Positions 41,820-55,369 of a DNA stretch of 64,000 bases are shown here, piece after piece. Origin of the DNA: Eledone cirrhosa (Eukaryota); assembly GCA_964016885.1 (NCBI GenBank), contig OZ024743.1, forward strand, positions 312,418,001 to 312,482,000, written 5' to 3'. A model generated the notes under the pieces. That model made no database searches. It had not been told where the DNA came from and saw nothing but the letters and a program-made list of their open reading frames with translations. The position numbers and the translations under genes are program-made. Within the stretch, counting starts at the first letter, position 1. The number at the start of each line of letters is the position of its first letter.

Positions 41820-43495
41820 CCGCCGGAAAGATGCATATGAGACAAAAGAACATGGAGACAGGGTTCAACAGTGTCTTTCAACAAAGACAGTAAAACTATC
41901 CGCTAGTCCCACACAGTTCCAGCATGCATCCAATATCCCGTTCCAATCGCCGACTAACATGACAGAGCGGGTCTTTCCTAGGAAGGTCTCCAGTCGCCTG
42001 AAGAAATCAGGCCGTTCTGCCCCTGTCGGGGCATAAACAGCCTCTAGCCTGAAAATATAGCCCTCGCTGCTGGTCATGTCCAGCACCACCGACTTACCTT
42101 CTGGGTCTAGAAAGATGGTCCGTATGACAAGATCCAGGCCTTTGCGAAATAACAACGAATCCCTTCCAAATCCCGGACGGCTTGGAGATGCGTACACCTT
42201 GTAACCGGCAAAAAAATGGATGCGAAGGCTTGTGCCTTGGAAGTTTTGGTCTCGCTGATGACTACCAAATCTATGTTCATTGACTTGAGGTAGTTGAGCA
42301 GGTGACCCTGCTTCCATGACGATCCCAGGCCACGTGCATTTACGCTGCCTATTCATGTTGAAAGAAGAGTAGGAAAACGTGGGAAAGACTATTTACCTCA
42401 GCCCTGTGAGAAAAGGACGGTTCCTCCGTTCTTCTGACTGGTTGTGGCCCTCTCCGCAAGGATGTCTTTATATATCCTTCTAGGAGTGTTTCACAGAAAT
42501 CTCCAATGTCATTGGGAAATTTTCCTTTCAAAACAGTATATGTCTTTTGGGAGATGCGTGTTATTTGTATGTGTGTGGGTGGTGTGAAATTTTGGGGTAT
42601 TGAGTAGATTTTCTCTGTGATGCTGGTGTTGTGCTGGATGTAGTGCAATAACTCTTGTCTTTGTCTTTAAAGCCGTGTAGTGCGTTGCAGTTTTATCGTT
42701 TTCTTGTGTTTGCGTGTGTTTTGCTTGCACATGTGGGTTTGTTTGCCTTGCTGTTGTTGTTTGTGGTGGTGGTGGTGTTAGGGTTGATTATGGTGATGGC
42801 GTTGGTGTTTATGGTGGTGGGGCTGGTGATGGTGAAGCTTTGATGTCTTAACTTTTTTTGTTTGTTTGTTTGTTTCGCTTTCTTTTTTTAGGGCGAAAGA
42901 AGAGAGTTGTTCCTTTTTTTCTGTTTTTAACGGTTGTCCACCCCTCTTCCTCGTCACAATCCGTCTTCAGTTCCAGGTTGGGGAGTGGCGTGCCCTCCAC
43001 AAGCGTTGGTGTTGCTTGTGGCGTGGTGGATTCTGGATTTCCAGGATTCTGGTGTCGTCCTCGATGTCGGCAAGCACAGCAGCCATCAACCAGCGATTGG
43101 CTATTGTGGGTGAAACTTGGGTGACTCGCACTCATACGAGTCTTTGGATGCAGTAGCTTGGGACCAGAGTGAGCTCATCGCTCTTTAGTGGTGTTATGGA
43201 GTGTTCTCTGGTTTCCTGTGGGGTGGCAAAGAACACGTCTACGGTTCTATATCTTCTCCCACGTGCGATGTGGGTTTTTGAACCCACATAGCTCCCAAAG
43301 TCTTTTGTACCTGGGACTCCGAGGCCCTCTTCACTCGGCGTGTCTTTACTCTAATTGTACGGTATGGTACCGTACATAGCCGTCGGTGTTCCACGACGTT
43401 TGAAGGAGGAGTGAGGCTGACTCTGTGTCCATTTGTTTAGCATTTGTCTGGGTTCATCCATTTCCTCGTGGGTCACCGTGACCGTTTCATTATTA
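41820..43495 (-). mobile_element. Tx1/L1-like LINE: ORF1 remnant plus APE endonuclease start
   Basis: VYAPTG...FFRRL...VMLVGDWNGILD. Confidence 0.85.
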
Positions 43496-43579
43496 TTTGC
43501 AGCTTATTGCTGTTGCCATTTGCGTTGCCGTTCTTGTCGACGTTATTGTTATTTTTATTGTTTGCTTCTGTTATATTTA

Positions 43580-43767
43580 ATAATTGTTTCTACTTTTGGC
43601 ACAAGACCACCAATTATCCCAGTGCATTGCTGGTACTTTATTTTATCGATCCCGTAAGGATGAAAGGCAAAGTTAATCTCGGCGGGATTTGAACTCAGAC
43701 TGTAAAGGGGCGTAATTCTATGCTGCAAAGCATGGCGTCCGACCCTCCACCGATACTGCCAATCCAC
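43580..43767 (-). mobile_element. OK-like SINE
   Basis: Matches 28889-29077. Confidence 0.9.
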
Positions 43768-43904
43768 ATGATAGTAAGTCTTATGACAATCGTAGAATCA
43801 AGTTGTGCAAATGTTGACAGGAGAAGGAAGGCAATAGAGATAGACTTCCCTCAACGAGGTAAGTGTAAAGGAGAGCAGTCAAATATGTGATGTGTCATTC
43901 GTAG

Positions 43905-44088
43905 TAATTGGTAGTATCGGTAGAGGGTTGGACGCCATGTTTTCTAGCATAGTTACGCCCCTTTACAGTCTGAGTTCAAATCCCGCCGAGATTAACTTTT
44001 CCTTTCATCCTTACGGGGTCGATAAAATAAAGTACCAGTAATGCACTGGGATAATTGCTGGCCTTGTGCCTAAAGTAGAAACAATTAT
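43905..44088 (+). mobile_element. OK-like SINE
   Basis: Matches 28889-29077. Confidence 0.9.
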
Positions 44089-44566
44089 TACTATTATTCT
44101 TGTATTATTTTATCACATATCCTTTATATATATATCCGTATATATCCGTAAATGTATGTATGAGTCTGTGTACGTGTGTGTGTGTATGTGGGTGTGTATA
44201 TATATATGTATATGTATATATTAGGGGGAGAGATATATATATATCATATTGTATATTATATTACATTGTATATTTTTAAGTTACGGTAATTTACCGTTAC
44301 TTTATGGTATATTGTTTTTATTGCATAATGTATCTTTAACTGTTCACTTACAGTTATGTTTATATAGGTATATGTGGAAGCGCATGTGTGTGTAGGCAGA
44401 TTTGCATGCGTGCAGGTGTATGCATGTGGCAACACGTATGCGTATGCATGTGTAGAGCTATCTATATCGGCATATGCGTGGGTATTTGTATGTGTATATA
44501 TGTGGACGTGCGTATGCATGTTAAATTGTCTCTTTTCTTTTGTGTGTATATATGTATATATACATA

Positions 44567-44624
<58 letters not shown>

Positions 44625-45599
44625 GGTGTGTATATGTACGTGTGTAGGTAATGTTTATGTATGTATGTGTATTTGTATGTATGTGTTGACATGTGTGAGT
44701 ATGCATTTATATATATGTGTGTGTGTGTGTATGTATATGTGTGTATGTATATATATATGTGTATACACATGTGTGTATATATGTATGTATGTGTATATAT
44801 GTGTGTATGTGTATATATGTGCGTGTATGAGTGTGTATATATAGATATATATGTGTATAAATGTATAGAAGGTTGGGCGTATGTATATGTGCGCGCGTAT
44901 GTATGTATATATGTATATGTTGGAGTAGGATATGCTTATCCCAAATGATTTAGGGCGGGAAGTAAGCAGCCGTCAGAAGGCTTGTGGAGATATGTATCAA
45001 CAAGTGGAAGTGAAGGAGAGAGGAAGCATATATACTTCGATGTATGTATGTGGGGCGGTGTGTGTCTGCGCATGTAGGCGTACGTGTATGTATACATAGA
45101 TACGTATGTGTCTGCATGTGTGTGTATGTGTGTATTTTAGTATGTGTGGGTGCTTACTCTGAAGTGTGAGCAGACGTGTGAAGTACTGAACCCAGCATGA
45201 CTCCATTGAAATGTGTCGGACGGAAAATGGTTGATGAACCGTGTGGCAGCAGACACTGACCAGAACTTGTGATAACGTGGAGTAAAAACAGCCAATGGCA
45301 TGACAAGAGTGGAAATAGTGTTTTTGAGGGTGTTTTTTTTATGATAACACCCCAGTGATAAAATTTGCACCGGACGAAACACCTGTGTCTGAAAGAACCT
45401 GCAGAAGTAGAATCAGCCAGATCCATATAAGGAGCATGTCTCGAGCTACATGCCGGCGAAACATTTGTAACACGAAATAAACTAAGTTCAGACGCATCAC
45501 TGATTTTTCGTTTTCTTTATATCTACACTCTACTCTGATGAATATCGATGCTAATTTTGGCATACCGCCCATGGAAGCACCATAGTTACCACTATACAC

Positions 45600-45673
<74 letters not shown>

Positions 45674-45748
45674 GCATATATATATATATATACAATTTGT
45701 ATTTGCTAACAATGTTTCATCCATACCATTGGGCAGATATCATCAGAG

Positions 45749-45803
<55 letters not shown>

Positions 45804-45852
45804 TATATATACGCATATATATATATGCATATATATATATGTATATAAGAAT

Positions 45853-45955
45853 AAGTATGACCCCGACGGCAGAGCTCAAGCCGTTTCGACGGCTAATTCT
45901 GGAGTCCAGAATTAGCCGTCGAAACGGCTTGAGCTCTGCCGTCGGGGTCATACTT
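45853..45955. repeat. Perfect 103-bp palindrome built from an HHR 3' half
   Basis: Centre G45904; right arm GAAA CGGC-TTGAGCTCT-GCCG TC GGGG. Confidence 0.85.
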
Positions 45956-46048
45956 GTTCCTATTACCCACTCTACTACCCTAAGTATTGAGTACTTTGGT
46001 GCGTTATGGTCCATCTGGTTTCTTACCACATTTCCTTCGTTATATATG

Positions 46049-46085
<37 letters not shown>

Positions 46086-46099
46086 CTTTGCTCCCAAAT

Positions 46100-46655
46100 A
46101 CAAATGTATTTGGGAGCAAAGATTGGAAATACGGAAGATGTGGTTGAGAGGAAGAGCAAAGCCAGGGCGGCGTGCCACAGCTTGAGATCGGTGTGGAAGT
46201 AGTCAGACCTTCGTAAAGACCTGAAAATTTGCCTCTTCATTGCTATAGTGGAGTCTGTGCTGCTGTACGGGTTTGAAAATTGGCCACTGACCAAGAAACT
46301 CACTCAGATGGTGGATGGGTGCTACACGAGAATGCTGAGGATGGCTCTGAACATTAATCAGTATACACTGAGGATGAAAAATTCAGAGCTGTATGGCAGC
46401 CTCCCAAAGGTTAGCTCAAAAGTGACACAGAGGAGACTGAGGTTAGCTGGACATGCTCACCGACATCCAGAGTTGACATTGCATTCAGTGCTCCTGTGGG
46501 ATCCCCTACATGGACACACTGGAAGAGGAAGACCAAGGTTAACGTATGTTGATTACTTAAGGACAGACACTGGTCTGTTGGAGACGCAGGACATGGCAGT
46601 GATAACGAGGGACAGAGAGACTGCGTCCATGGATCTCGGGAATTTTACCCGGCCT
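46100..46655 (+). mobile_element. RTE-like LINE 3' fragment (second family)
   Basis: ESVLLYGFENW, RMLRMALNI, RRLRLAGH, GRGRPRLTYVD. Confidence 0.85.
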
Positions 46656-46689
<34 letters not shown>

Positions 46690-46694
<5 letters not shown>

Positions 46695-47682
46695 TAAAGT
46701 TAGTCCTTCATCAGTGATCTTCCAACCATCATTGGTATTTCATCGCTTTAAAGACCATATACCTCCGGTTGGTGCGAGCAACGGCTAAAAAAAGTCGTTG
46801 GAACACGTAAATAAAGGGGACACGAGTGTAAACAACAAAAATGGTGAAGCAACGAAAAGTGAGGAAGAAGGAGTCAAGTCCCAAATTTCTATGAATTTAA
46901 ATTCGGTGAAATCGTTAACGAGAGAGAATAAAGACCATCAAACCTGGTTGGAATGTAAGCAAGGAAGGAATTACGTACAGGTCTAACGGGAGCAAGAAGG
47001 GATCTAGTCTGTGATTTCGGTAAACATAAGTTCTGTGAAATCGTAGCCGAGAGAGTGAGAGAAAAAAAGCGACCTGCTAGACCAAGGGTGCGAAAGAAAA
47101 GAATTACGCATAGGTCAAACGGGAAGAAGGAGGAGGAGGAGAGGTAGTAACAGAGAATGAGTGAGTGAAGGGTGAGGAAGAGGCTAACAGAGAGAGTGAC
47201 TGCTAGAGAGGGTAAAGATACAGAGAAAGAGGAAGAAGTAAGAACGAAATAGACGTGTAACAGCGGGGGAAAAATATGTGTAAATATGAAAATAAACGTG
47301 CTGCGGCGTTGCTAATGGGTTACATATGAATAAAGTTAGTCCTTCATCAGTGATCTTCCAACCATCATTGGTATTTCATCGCTTTAAAGACCATATACCT
47401 CCGGTTGGTGCGAGCAACGGCTAAAAAAGTCGTTGGGACACGTAAATAAAGGGGACACGAGTGTAAACAACAAAAATGGTGAAGCAACGAAAAGTGAGGA
47501 AGAAGGAGTCAAGTCCCAAATTTCTATGAATTTAAATTCGGTGAAATCGTTAACGAGAGAGAATAAAGACCATCAAACCTGGTTGGAATGTAAGCAGGGA
47601 AGGAATTCCGTACAGGTCTAACAGGAGGAAGAAGGGATCTAGTCTGTGATTTCGGTGAACGTAAGTTCTGTGAAATCGTAGA
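46690..47682 (-). repeat. Partial tandem repeat, 636-bp period, pLTR-like
   Basis: TGAATAAAGTTAGTCCTTCATCAG at 46691 and 47327 (minus strand CTGATGAAGGACTAAC). Confidence 0.8.
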
Positions 47683-47757
47683 CGAGATCTCTCGAGATCT
47701 CTCGTCTGATATTAACACAGGTTAATATCAGTTTCTCTCTCTTTCTCTATCTATCTC

Positions 47758-47825
<68 letters not shown>

Positions 47826-48014
47826 TGTAGCACTAGGAAAAATATAGACTTCGGTGAGAGGAGATATACGAATCAAAGTATAAGGTCAAGTCAAATTCTC
47901 TGGTAAACAATTATCTTGTTTAAGCATTCATTTTTTATATACATGAACAAAACCCTATCTATCCACACACACACATACACACATACACGCACACACACAT
48001 CCATTTATACATAG

Positions 48015-48765
48015 ATGATGGTTGCCCCCTCGTTACCGAGTATGGCCATTGCACGATATACCAATTGGCAGTATCAGTAGAGGGTCGGACGCCATGCTTT
48101 CCAGCATAGTTACGTCCCTTTAGTTCAAATTCCGCCGAGGTTGACTTTGCCTTTCATCCTTACGGGGTCGATAAAATAAAGTACCAGTAATGCACTTGGT
48201 AATTGCTGGCCTTGTGCCTAAAGTAGAAACAATTAATTAATTCTATCGTGCAATGCCTCTGCGTGAAGATATTTTTTAAAGTGCGGAAAAACTGTGCACC
48301 GAGCCAATCCCAAACTCTGAGCGACAGTAGCTATAACCCGAAAAGAAGAAAAGATCAATATCATCGGTAACTACTGAGCCGCAGGTTTTATATCGGAGTT
48401 ATCCCAGTTTCCTGAGTTGCCTTCTCCTAGAAGAATGCCCTGATAAAGGCTAGAAGTCCTTCACTCCCAGTAGTTTAACCGCGTGATCGGGTGTCCAGCC
48501 CAACTATTTCTATGTCCCCGCGCATATATATATATACATATGTACTTGTGTATATACATATTTACACACTTTTGGATGGCCGTTGGCTCTTATGAGTTCT
48601 TCCGCCCTTTGTCAGGTTTTGATTTTTGTCCTGCAGGGTGTCCAAAATCACCCTCCTCACCAAGTAAACTTGGTGGCGTTGCCGGTTTAGTCGCCGACGA
48701 CCCGACCATGCGACAGGTTGTACTGGATTACATGTTACCAGTAGCACTCAAGAGTGACCCAACAT
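48015..48765 (-). mobile_element. RTE-derived non-autonomous element (leader, GGAGAAGG module, tail), interrupted by a SINE and a TA tract
   Basis: 48570-48665 matches 41600-41697; 48250-48450 matches ~9455-9625; tail 48015-48047 resembles 9803-9835. Confidence 0.6.
48061..48236 (+). mobile_element. OK-like SINE
   Basis: Matches family, small internal deletion. Confidence 0.9.
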
Positions 48766-48781
48766 TCATACATAATACATA

Positions 48782-51700
48782 GTCAGTCAATGCGATCAGT
48801 CGCATATTTTGGTGTGGGAGACTATTCATTAAATTTAAGATGAATACTATCTCCGACAGTAATGCCTCAACTACTAGTCATGTTGAATAACGGGGTATTC
48901 TTCTAACTATATCTACTGAAGACACCTTTTATTCGAAATCGTAGAGATATCCGACTAAATACATAATTCATTTTACAAGGATTTGCTACAAACAGCATGG
49001 CTGAACACAACATCAACAACATTAAGGAAGTACCGAAGAAAAACAACGAGAAAGGCAAACAAAATTTATTCAGTTGTAGCTACAGAAGAAACCGAAATTA
49101 TAAATCGCATTTCTCTTATAATTGCAAACTTAATGATGATTTATTTAATTGTTATAAAATGGCAAAAAACAATCCTTCCATTGGCTATATGAACAGAATG
49201 AAGCTACACTGAGGCGAAATACACCCAGAGCTAAATCACTTCACAGCGAAATAATTACGCCAACAAGCGACGTTTGTTGAACGTAAAAATAAAATAAATA
49301 TTATTAATTATAAGTCCCCCACAACAAACATGGGATCAACAGCACGTGCTACAGGTCGCCATGCTACTAGACTTCCTAGCAGCCAGGTCGAACAGTGCAT
49401 TGAAACAACTATGCCTGTAAGAAACTTGACACCACGTGTACCATCTAAGTCTACCTCGAATGCTGGGGAAAACACTATCGATAATAAGAAATAATAGAAG
49501 AAATAATAATAATCGAAGAAATTTAACACCACGTGTACCATCCGAGTCTACCTCGACTATTGTGGAAAATACTATCGATAATGATAATAATCAAAAGTAT
49601 AAACAATTGAAAATTTCCCTCAACGAAATCTTCCAGAGAGAAATTAATTCATGTATAAATATCTCTCTTGCTGAACGTGCTAAAACGACAATGTTTAATG
49701 AAAAACCTAATAATGAAATATTACGTGTTATTGACGAAATAGGGGATGAATATTTACGACGGATTTGGCAAATCAACGCCTGTTTATATGCCTTAGCAAC
49801 AACAGTGAAGCATTATCTTGGTGATAGCAGAGATATTAACAAGAACAAAACACCACCAAAAATACTATCATCTATAACTAAAATAAAAAAAAAGATTGCT
49901 GACCTACGAAAAACCATAGGATATGTGACAATGCTCCTTACATGCAAACAAACACAAAAAACCTCACTCCTCACCAACAAAGAGTAAAAAATAAAATAGA
50001 GACGCTGTTTGGTAACAGTATAACCAGAACTCTTCAATATTACCTGATCACCATCAAACAAGAATTGAGAGCTGTTAGCGAAAAACGCCGATACCTAAAG
50101 AAGGTAGATGAAAGAAAAGTGCCTAATAAAAGATTCAGACGAAACCAAACATCAGTTTATAGAGATATGAAGGGCAAAATAATAAGTGTCACTGAGGCCC
50201 CATCCCAGAAAAACATAGATTCCTTTTGGAGAAAAATATGGGGTGAAAAGAAGAATTTCAACCAAGATGCAGTGGAGCTAAAAGAAATCCAAAAGAACAC
50301 TACAACAAAAACATACGAAATAAGTGAGGGTACCCTTGAGACTGTGATAGGAAAACTCCAAGAAGAGACATGATTGTCGGCTACTGGTACAAAAAACTGA
50401 TATTCTATCGGGGGTATCTTACTGACCTCTACCAACAAGTTCTTAAGGGAGATACACTTATACCAGAATGGTTGACATTAGCACAAACATTACTGGTCCC
50501 CAAGAACAAAGACACACACTTGGCAAAAAACTACCGACCCATTGCTTCAAAAACCTGATGTATAAGATGTATGCAGCCTGCCTGAACCTATTCCTCCAAG
50601 ATCACTGTGAAAAAAATAACATCATCACAGATGAACAAGCAGCTGGAAAGAAAGTGGTTTGGGGATGTGCTGAACAACAAAACTGCAATGTCGGACGTGC
50701 GACAAACTTAGGAGGAATATGGCTACAGTCTGGCTGGACTACAGGAAAGCTTTCGATTCTGTTCCCCACTCTTGGATGATAGAGGCCCTCCAACTTGCTA
50801 AAGTGCCAGAGTTTATTATCAGAGCCATAGAGAAGCTGTCTTCTTCTTGGGCTACTATCCTAAGGTTAAAGACAGAGAAGGAGGACTCTGTTTTCACTGA
50901 TAAAATAAAATATCGCAGGGGTATATTTGAGGGAGACAGTCTCGCTGTGATATTATTTATCCTGTCATTAAACCCCTTGTCCTTTCTGCTCAAGAAATGT
51001 GAAGGATACATCATTGGCTCACAGGAAGACAGACATACGAACCTAACCCATAATTTATTTGTGGGTGATCTGAAACTCTATGTCTAGAACATGGATGGGA
51101 TGAAGAAAAATCTTGACCTGGTTACAACGTTCTCAAAGGATATAGGAATGGAGTTTGGCCAAGATAAATGCTCATACATGACTGTAAAGCGGGGAAAAAC
51201 AACAACCCAATCTAGCAACATTGTCATCAATGGCCTAACTGTTTCCCCGATATCTGATTAGGACTGCTACAGATACCTGGGGATAGATGAGAACATATCC
51301 TATAATGGTATCTGTAATAAGGAACGCGTAACCAGGGAATACTACACTCGATTAAGAAAGATTTGGTCATCGGAACTCTCTGCACAAAACAAAACAATGG
51401 CTCACAATGTGTTTGCTGTGCCTGTCCTAACACCAACGTTTGGAATACTCAATTGGACGATAGACGAAATCCGAGCAGTTGATATTAAAACTCGAAAAAT
51501 ACAAAACAACATCGGAAACTTCCACATCAACAGTGACATTGACCGCCCTTACTTGAAACGTAAGCAGGGAGGCAGAGGCCTAACATCAGTCCAGACAGCA
51601 TTTGACTGTCGCATCATATCTCTCCGACAACATCTACGAACCTCGAAGCCCGTCTCTCGAGCGAGTCTATTTGCATGAAACAGATAAGATCATGAGAGTT

Positions 51701-52939
51701 GGGAAGGAACTCCTCGAGAGATATTCCCTGTGTGATTATCAAAAACTCACACCCAGGGAAGTCGCTCAGCAATATCGCAGTGAATCCATGGATGAAAAAC
51801 TGCATGCTTATCAGCCAAAAATCATGAATGGATATGTTGACATGAAGCTACAGAGTGAGAGTAATATAGATAAGGAAAGTAGTCTATCTTGGAACAACAA
51901 CCGCTATATTGGCTCCCACTTTGAAGGATACGCTTTTGCAATCCAAGAAGAGGAAATTAACACGAAATACCTGATTCACAAAAGAGATAGGGATGCAGGC
52001 AAAACACCTAGATGTGATAACAAGTGCAGACTCTGCAGACTCTGCAGAATTAACATCGAAGATGTCACCCATGTCATCAGCAGCTGTCCAAAGATGTCAT
52101 CGCGGTACTTATCTACCTATGAGGCATGATGTAGTGGCCAAAACACTGTACAATGCAATCCGTAGAGAAGATAGCCTCGATAATAAACACATTAAAAGCT
52201 ACAGCAATGTGGAAGCCATATACATAATATGAAAGAGTACTGGTGGAATGTTCCAGTAAAAACCCCAATAAAATGCAGGCATAACAGGCCATTCATCCTT
52301 ACGGGTCGATAAAATAAAGTACCAGTAATGTACTGGGATAATTGCTGGCCTTGTGCCAAAAAGTAGAAACAATTATGATATGGGACAGGGAAAAGAAAGC
52401 ATGCACAGTAGTGGGGCAGGGAAAAGAAAGCATGCCCAGCAGATGCCAATATAATATCAAAGATTAGCGAAAAGGAGAATATTTATGCAGAACTGATAAG
52501 AAATCTGCAGATACTCCACCCTGATTACACCTTCAAATTTATGCCTGTGGTTATTGGGGCTCTGGGGTATGTTTGTAACTGCCTCAATACAAATCTTGAG
52601 AAGCTAGGCTTCACGGGAACAGAAAAAACACAACTAGTTAGGAAAGTACAATCCATTAATGGAACAGTAAAAATAGGTAAAACATTCCAAAAATGTTGCA
52701 TCTAATAACTGCATATACACATGTACAGATACAAATCATATACACATGCACACATACAACTCAAAACATCCACATCCACATCCACACATACAATAACATC
52801 CATATCTACACATGCATGCATGCATACATAATCTACCTAGTTGATGTTGTGTAAATTCCAATGAGAGAGTCTTGTGTCTATGTTAGAAACCGACTCTCTC
52901 TCTATTGGTAAAAATTTGTGAAATTATAAAACCAGAATA
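48782..52939 (+). mobile_element. Second R4-clade RLE non-LTR retrotransposon, decayed
   Basis: WLDYRKAFDSVPH, GIFEGDSL, LFVGDLKLY, CRLCRINIEDVTHVISSC, RHD; SINE fragment at ~52290-52375; ends AATAA(CATA)n. Confidence 0.9.
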
Positions 52940-52954
52940 ACATACATACATACA

Positions 52955-53031
<77 letters not shown>

Positions 53032-53087
53032 CGTGGGAAAGTAAAAAATCGGAGAATAGACCGTTAAAACATGTTTATTTAAAATAT

Positions 53088-53127
53088 CACCTACGTACGT
53101 TTCGCCCAGTTGGGCTTCTCAAGGGCA
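53088..53127 (-). ncRNA. Hammerhead ribozyme, U3-A8 variant (left arm)
   Basis: Exact reverse complement of 53247-53286. Confidence 0.75.
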
Positions 53128-53246
53128 TAAATAATCACAAGTGTTCCATATATAGTTCGGAAAGAGTTTTGGGGGTTAAATCTACATCAAGATTCATTGT
53201 TCGCAAAAATATCTTGTTTTGATTTTGGAACACTTGTGATTATTTA

Positions 53247-53286
53247 TGCCCTTGAGAAGCCCAACTGGGCGAAACGTACGTAGGTG
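53247..53286 (+). ncRNA. Hammerhead ribozyme, U3-A8 variant
   Basis: tgCCC TTGAGAA GCCC-AACT-GGGC GAAA CGTACG TA GGTG; stem I is weak. Confidence 0.75.
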
Positions 53287-53499
53287 ATATTTTAAATAAA
53301 CATGTTTTAACGGTCTATTCTCCGATATTTTACTTTACCACGTGCTTACGCTCTGCTAACTCTCTAGCCCACTAAATATTAACACTTCGAATATTTAATA
53401 CTGCCGGCACTAGTATCGAGCACCTTTGGCATACGCTACTTGGCAAATAACTATATGTATCACCTATCCCTCCTTTTTCTCTCTTTCTCGATACGTAAA

Positions 53500-53575
<76 letters not shown>

Positions 53576-53869
53576 ATAATTTTATTGATAAATTCCAACC
53601 CAAGCTAAATGAACAATAATAATGCTTAGGGGTATTACTTCTACTATGACTATACCTACGACCATGTCGACTACCACCACTAACAACAACAACAACAACA
53701 ATAATAATAATAATAAAAGTGATGTTGATGTTGATGATTACTGAAGATTTTTTATAAAAAGCCTAGAAAATGCTATTTTCATCATTTCTAAAAATAGCAA
53801 AACAATTGATGCTTTGGACAGGGTCAAATAGAAGTCGTTACGGGGTGCCTTTGTCTTTCAAGTCCCACC

Positions 53870-54397
53870 GTGTCGGCAGAACAACACCCTTTGAATCGGA
53901 AGAGGGCCGTAGAAGATCATAGGCCAGGCATCCGAAATGAACAACATAACGACAGAACGTGCAACTGCAGAACGGGCACACAGTGCCCCCTGCAAGGAAG
54001 ATGCCTAACGAAGGGCCTGGTATATAAATGTGTGGTTAGCACGCACAATATAAAGCGCACCTACATCGGCGCAACATCCGCGACCTTTAAATCGTGGTTG
54101 TATAACCACACGAACTCTTTCAAGGACCGGAGTAAGAAGCACTCTACTAGGCTGGCGGACCTGGTATGGGATTTGAAAGACAAAGGTACTCCGCATGCCC
54201 TTAACTGGAGTATCGTTCGGCACGCGAATGCATACTCGGCTGGAAAGAGAAAGTGTAGGCTATGCCTATCCGAGGCTATGGAGAAAGTCAGACTGAAGGA
54301 TAATACGGTCAACCTGAAATCGAAAATAATCATGACGTGCAGACACCAGAGAAGGTGCACACTCTCCGCATGGAATCCACCGGGCAGCCCAGGCTAA
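53870..54397 (+). mobile_element. PLE GIY-YIG endonuclease fragment
   Basis: CNCRTGTQCPLQGRCL..LVYKC..YIGAT..CRLCLSE..CRH. Confidence 0.88.
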
Positions 54398-55104
54398 AGG
54401 CATGCGGCGGAGCGCACGCCGACCAGAGCAGCGAAACGGGTTCAAGAGATCAGACACCATACCCTGATGACTATATATTCCCCGTGGGATAAGCCGAAAT
54501 AACCCAGGATGCGTACCCAACACTGCACGTCACCCTAGGCAAGAACATCGCCTCAGCCAGGACAGGTTGACCCGGATTCCATTGACTTTCAGTCAAATGC
54601 CTTACACCAATAAGACAATATACCTCAACCACAGTGACATACTCCAGTATGGCCGGTCCACGCACCCCCATTCATGTGTATCTTTTCAATAGAGAGTCCA
54701 TACTCTCCACGTATTCCATTTTGTAACACCTAATGTATTTTCCGTATACAGACCCACGTGTGTATCTCATACTTCTCTTGTGTACTATCTCATACGCATA
54801 TACGCTCCTTCTTCTTTTTTTTTATACATGTTTTCTTTTTTTATATATTTTCTGCACGCATTTTCTATGTACGGTCTGCGCATACTATTTACTGTAATAC
54901 CATGAACGTCCATTATGTATATGATTATATTGTTTATATATGTGCATGTTTATGACAGGGTGCATCCTTACATGTATGACCCATTGTGTATCTTTATATG
55001 ACTTTGTGTGTATATCCTATTTGTGTATATATATATATGTATCTTTGTATGCGTGCGTGGGCGTGTATGTGAATATGCGCATATTTGAAAGAGTGTATAT
55101 GAGC

Positions 55105-55189
<85 letters not shown>

Positions 55190-55369
55190 TGCGCGCGTGG
55201 ACGTGTGAACCACCAAACCCAGCAGTAATTCATTGAAGTGTGGCAGACACGGGACAGCTGATGGTCAGCCGAGCGATACCTGTGGTCAGAATTATGATGA
55301 CGAAAACATGTATACTTAGACTTACTTATGACACCGAGTACCTAGATAGCCATGACCTTAGCCGTTCCT

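Larger units (their letters stand above)
53031..53500 (+). mobile_element. Fold-back pLTR-like element
   Basis: Arms 53031-53148 and 53226-53343, 77-nt spacer, flanked by (TA)n. Confidence 0.85.

Noticed and set aside
43770-43866. GAG|GTAAGT donor as an exon end
   Set aside because: No acceptor or recognisable peptide; sandwiched between SINEs
54460-54510. CTGATGA...CCGAAA after the GIY-YIG ORF
   Set aside because: Plausible position, but no UH site or stem I can be formed; too decayed to call
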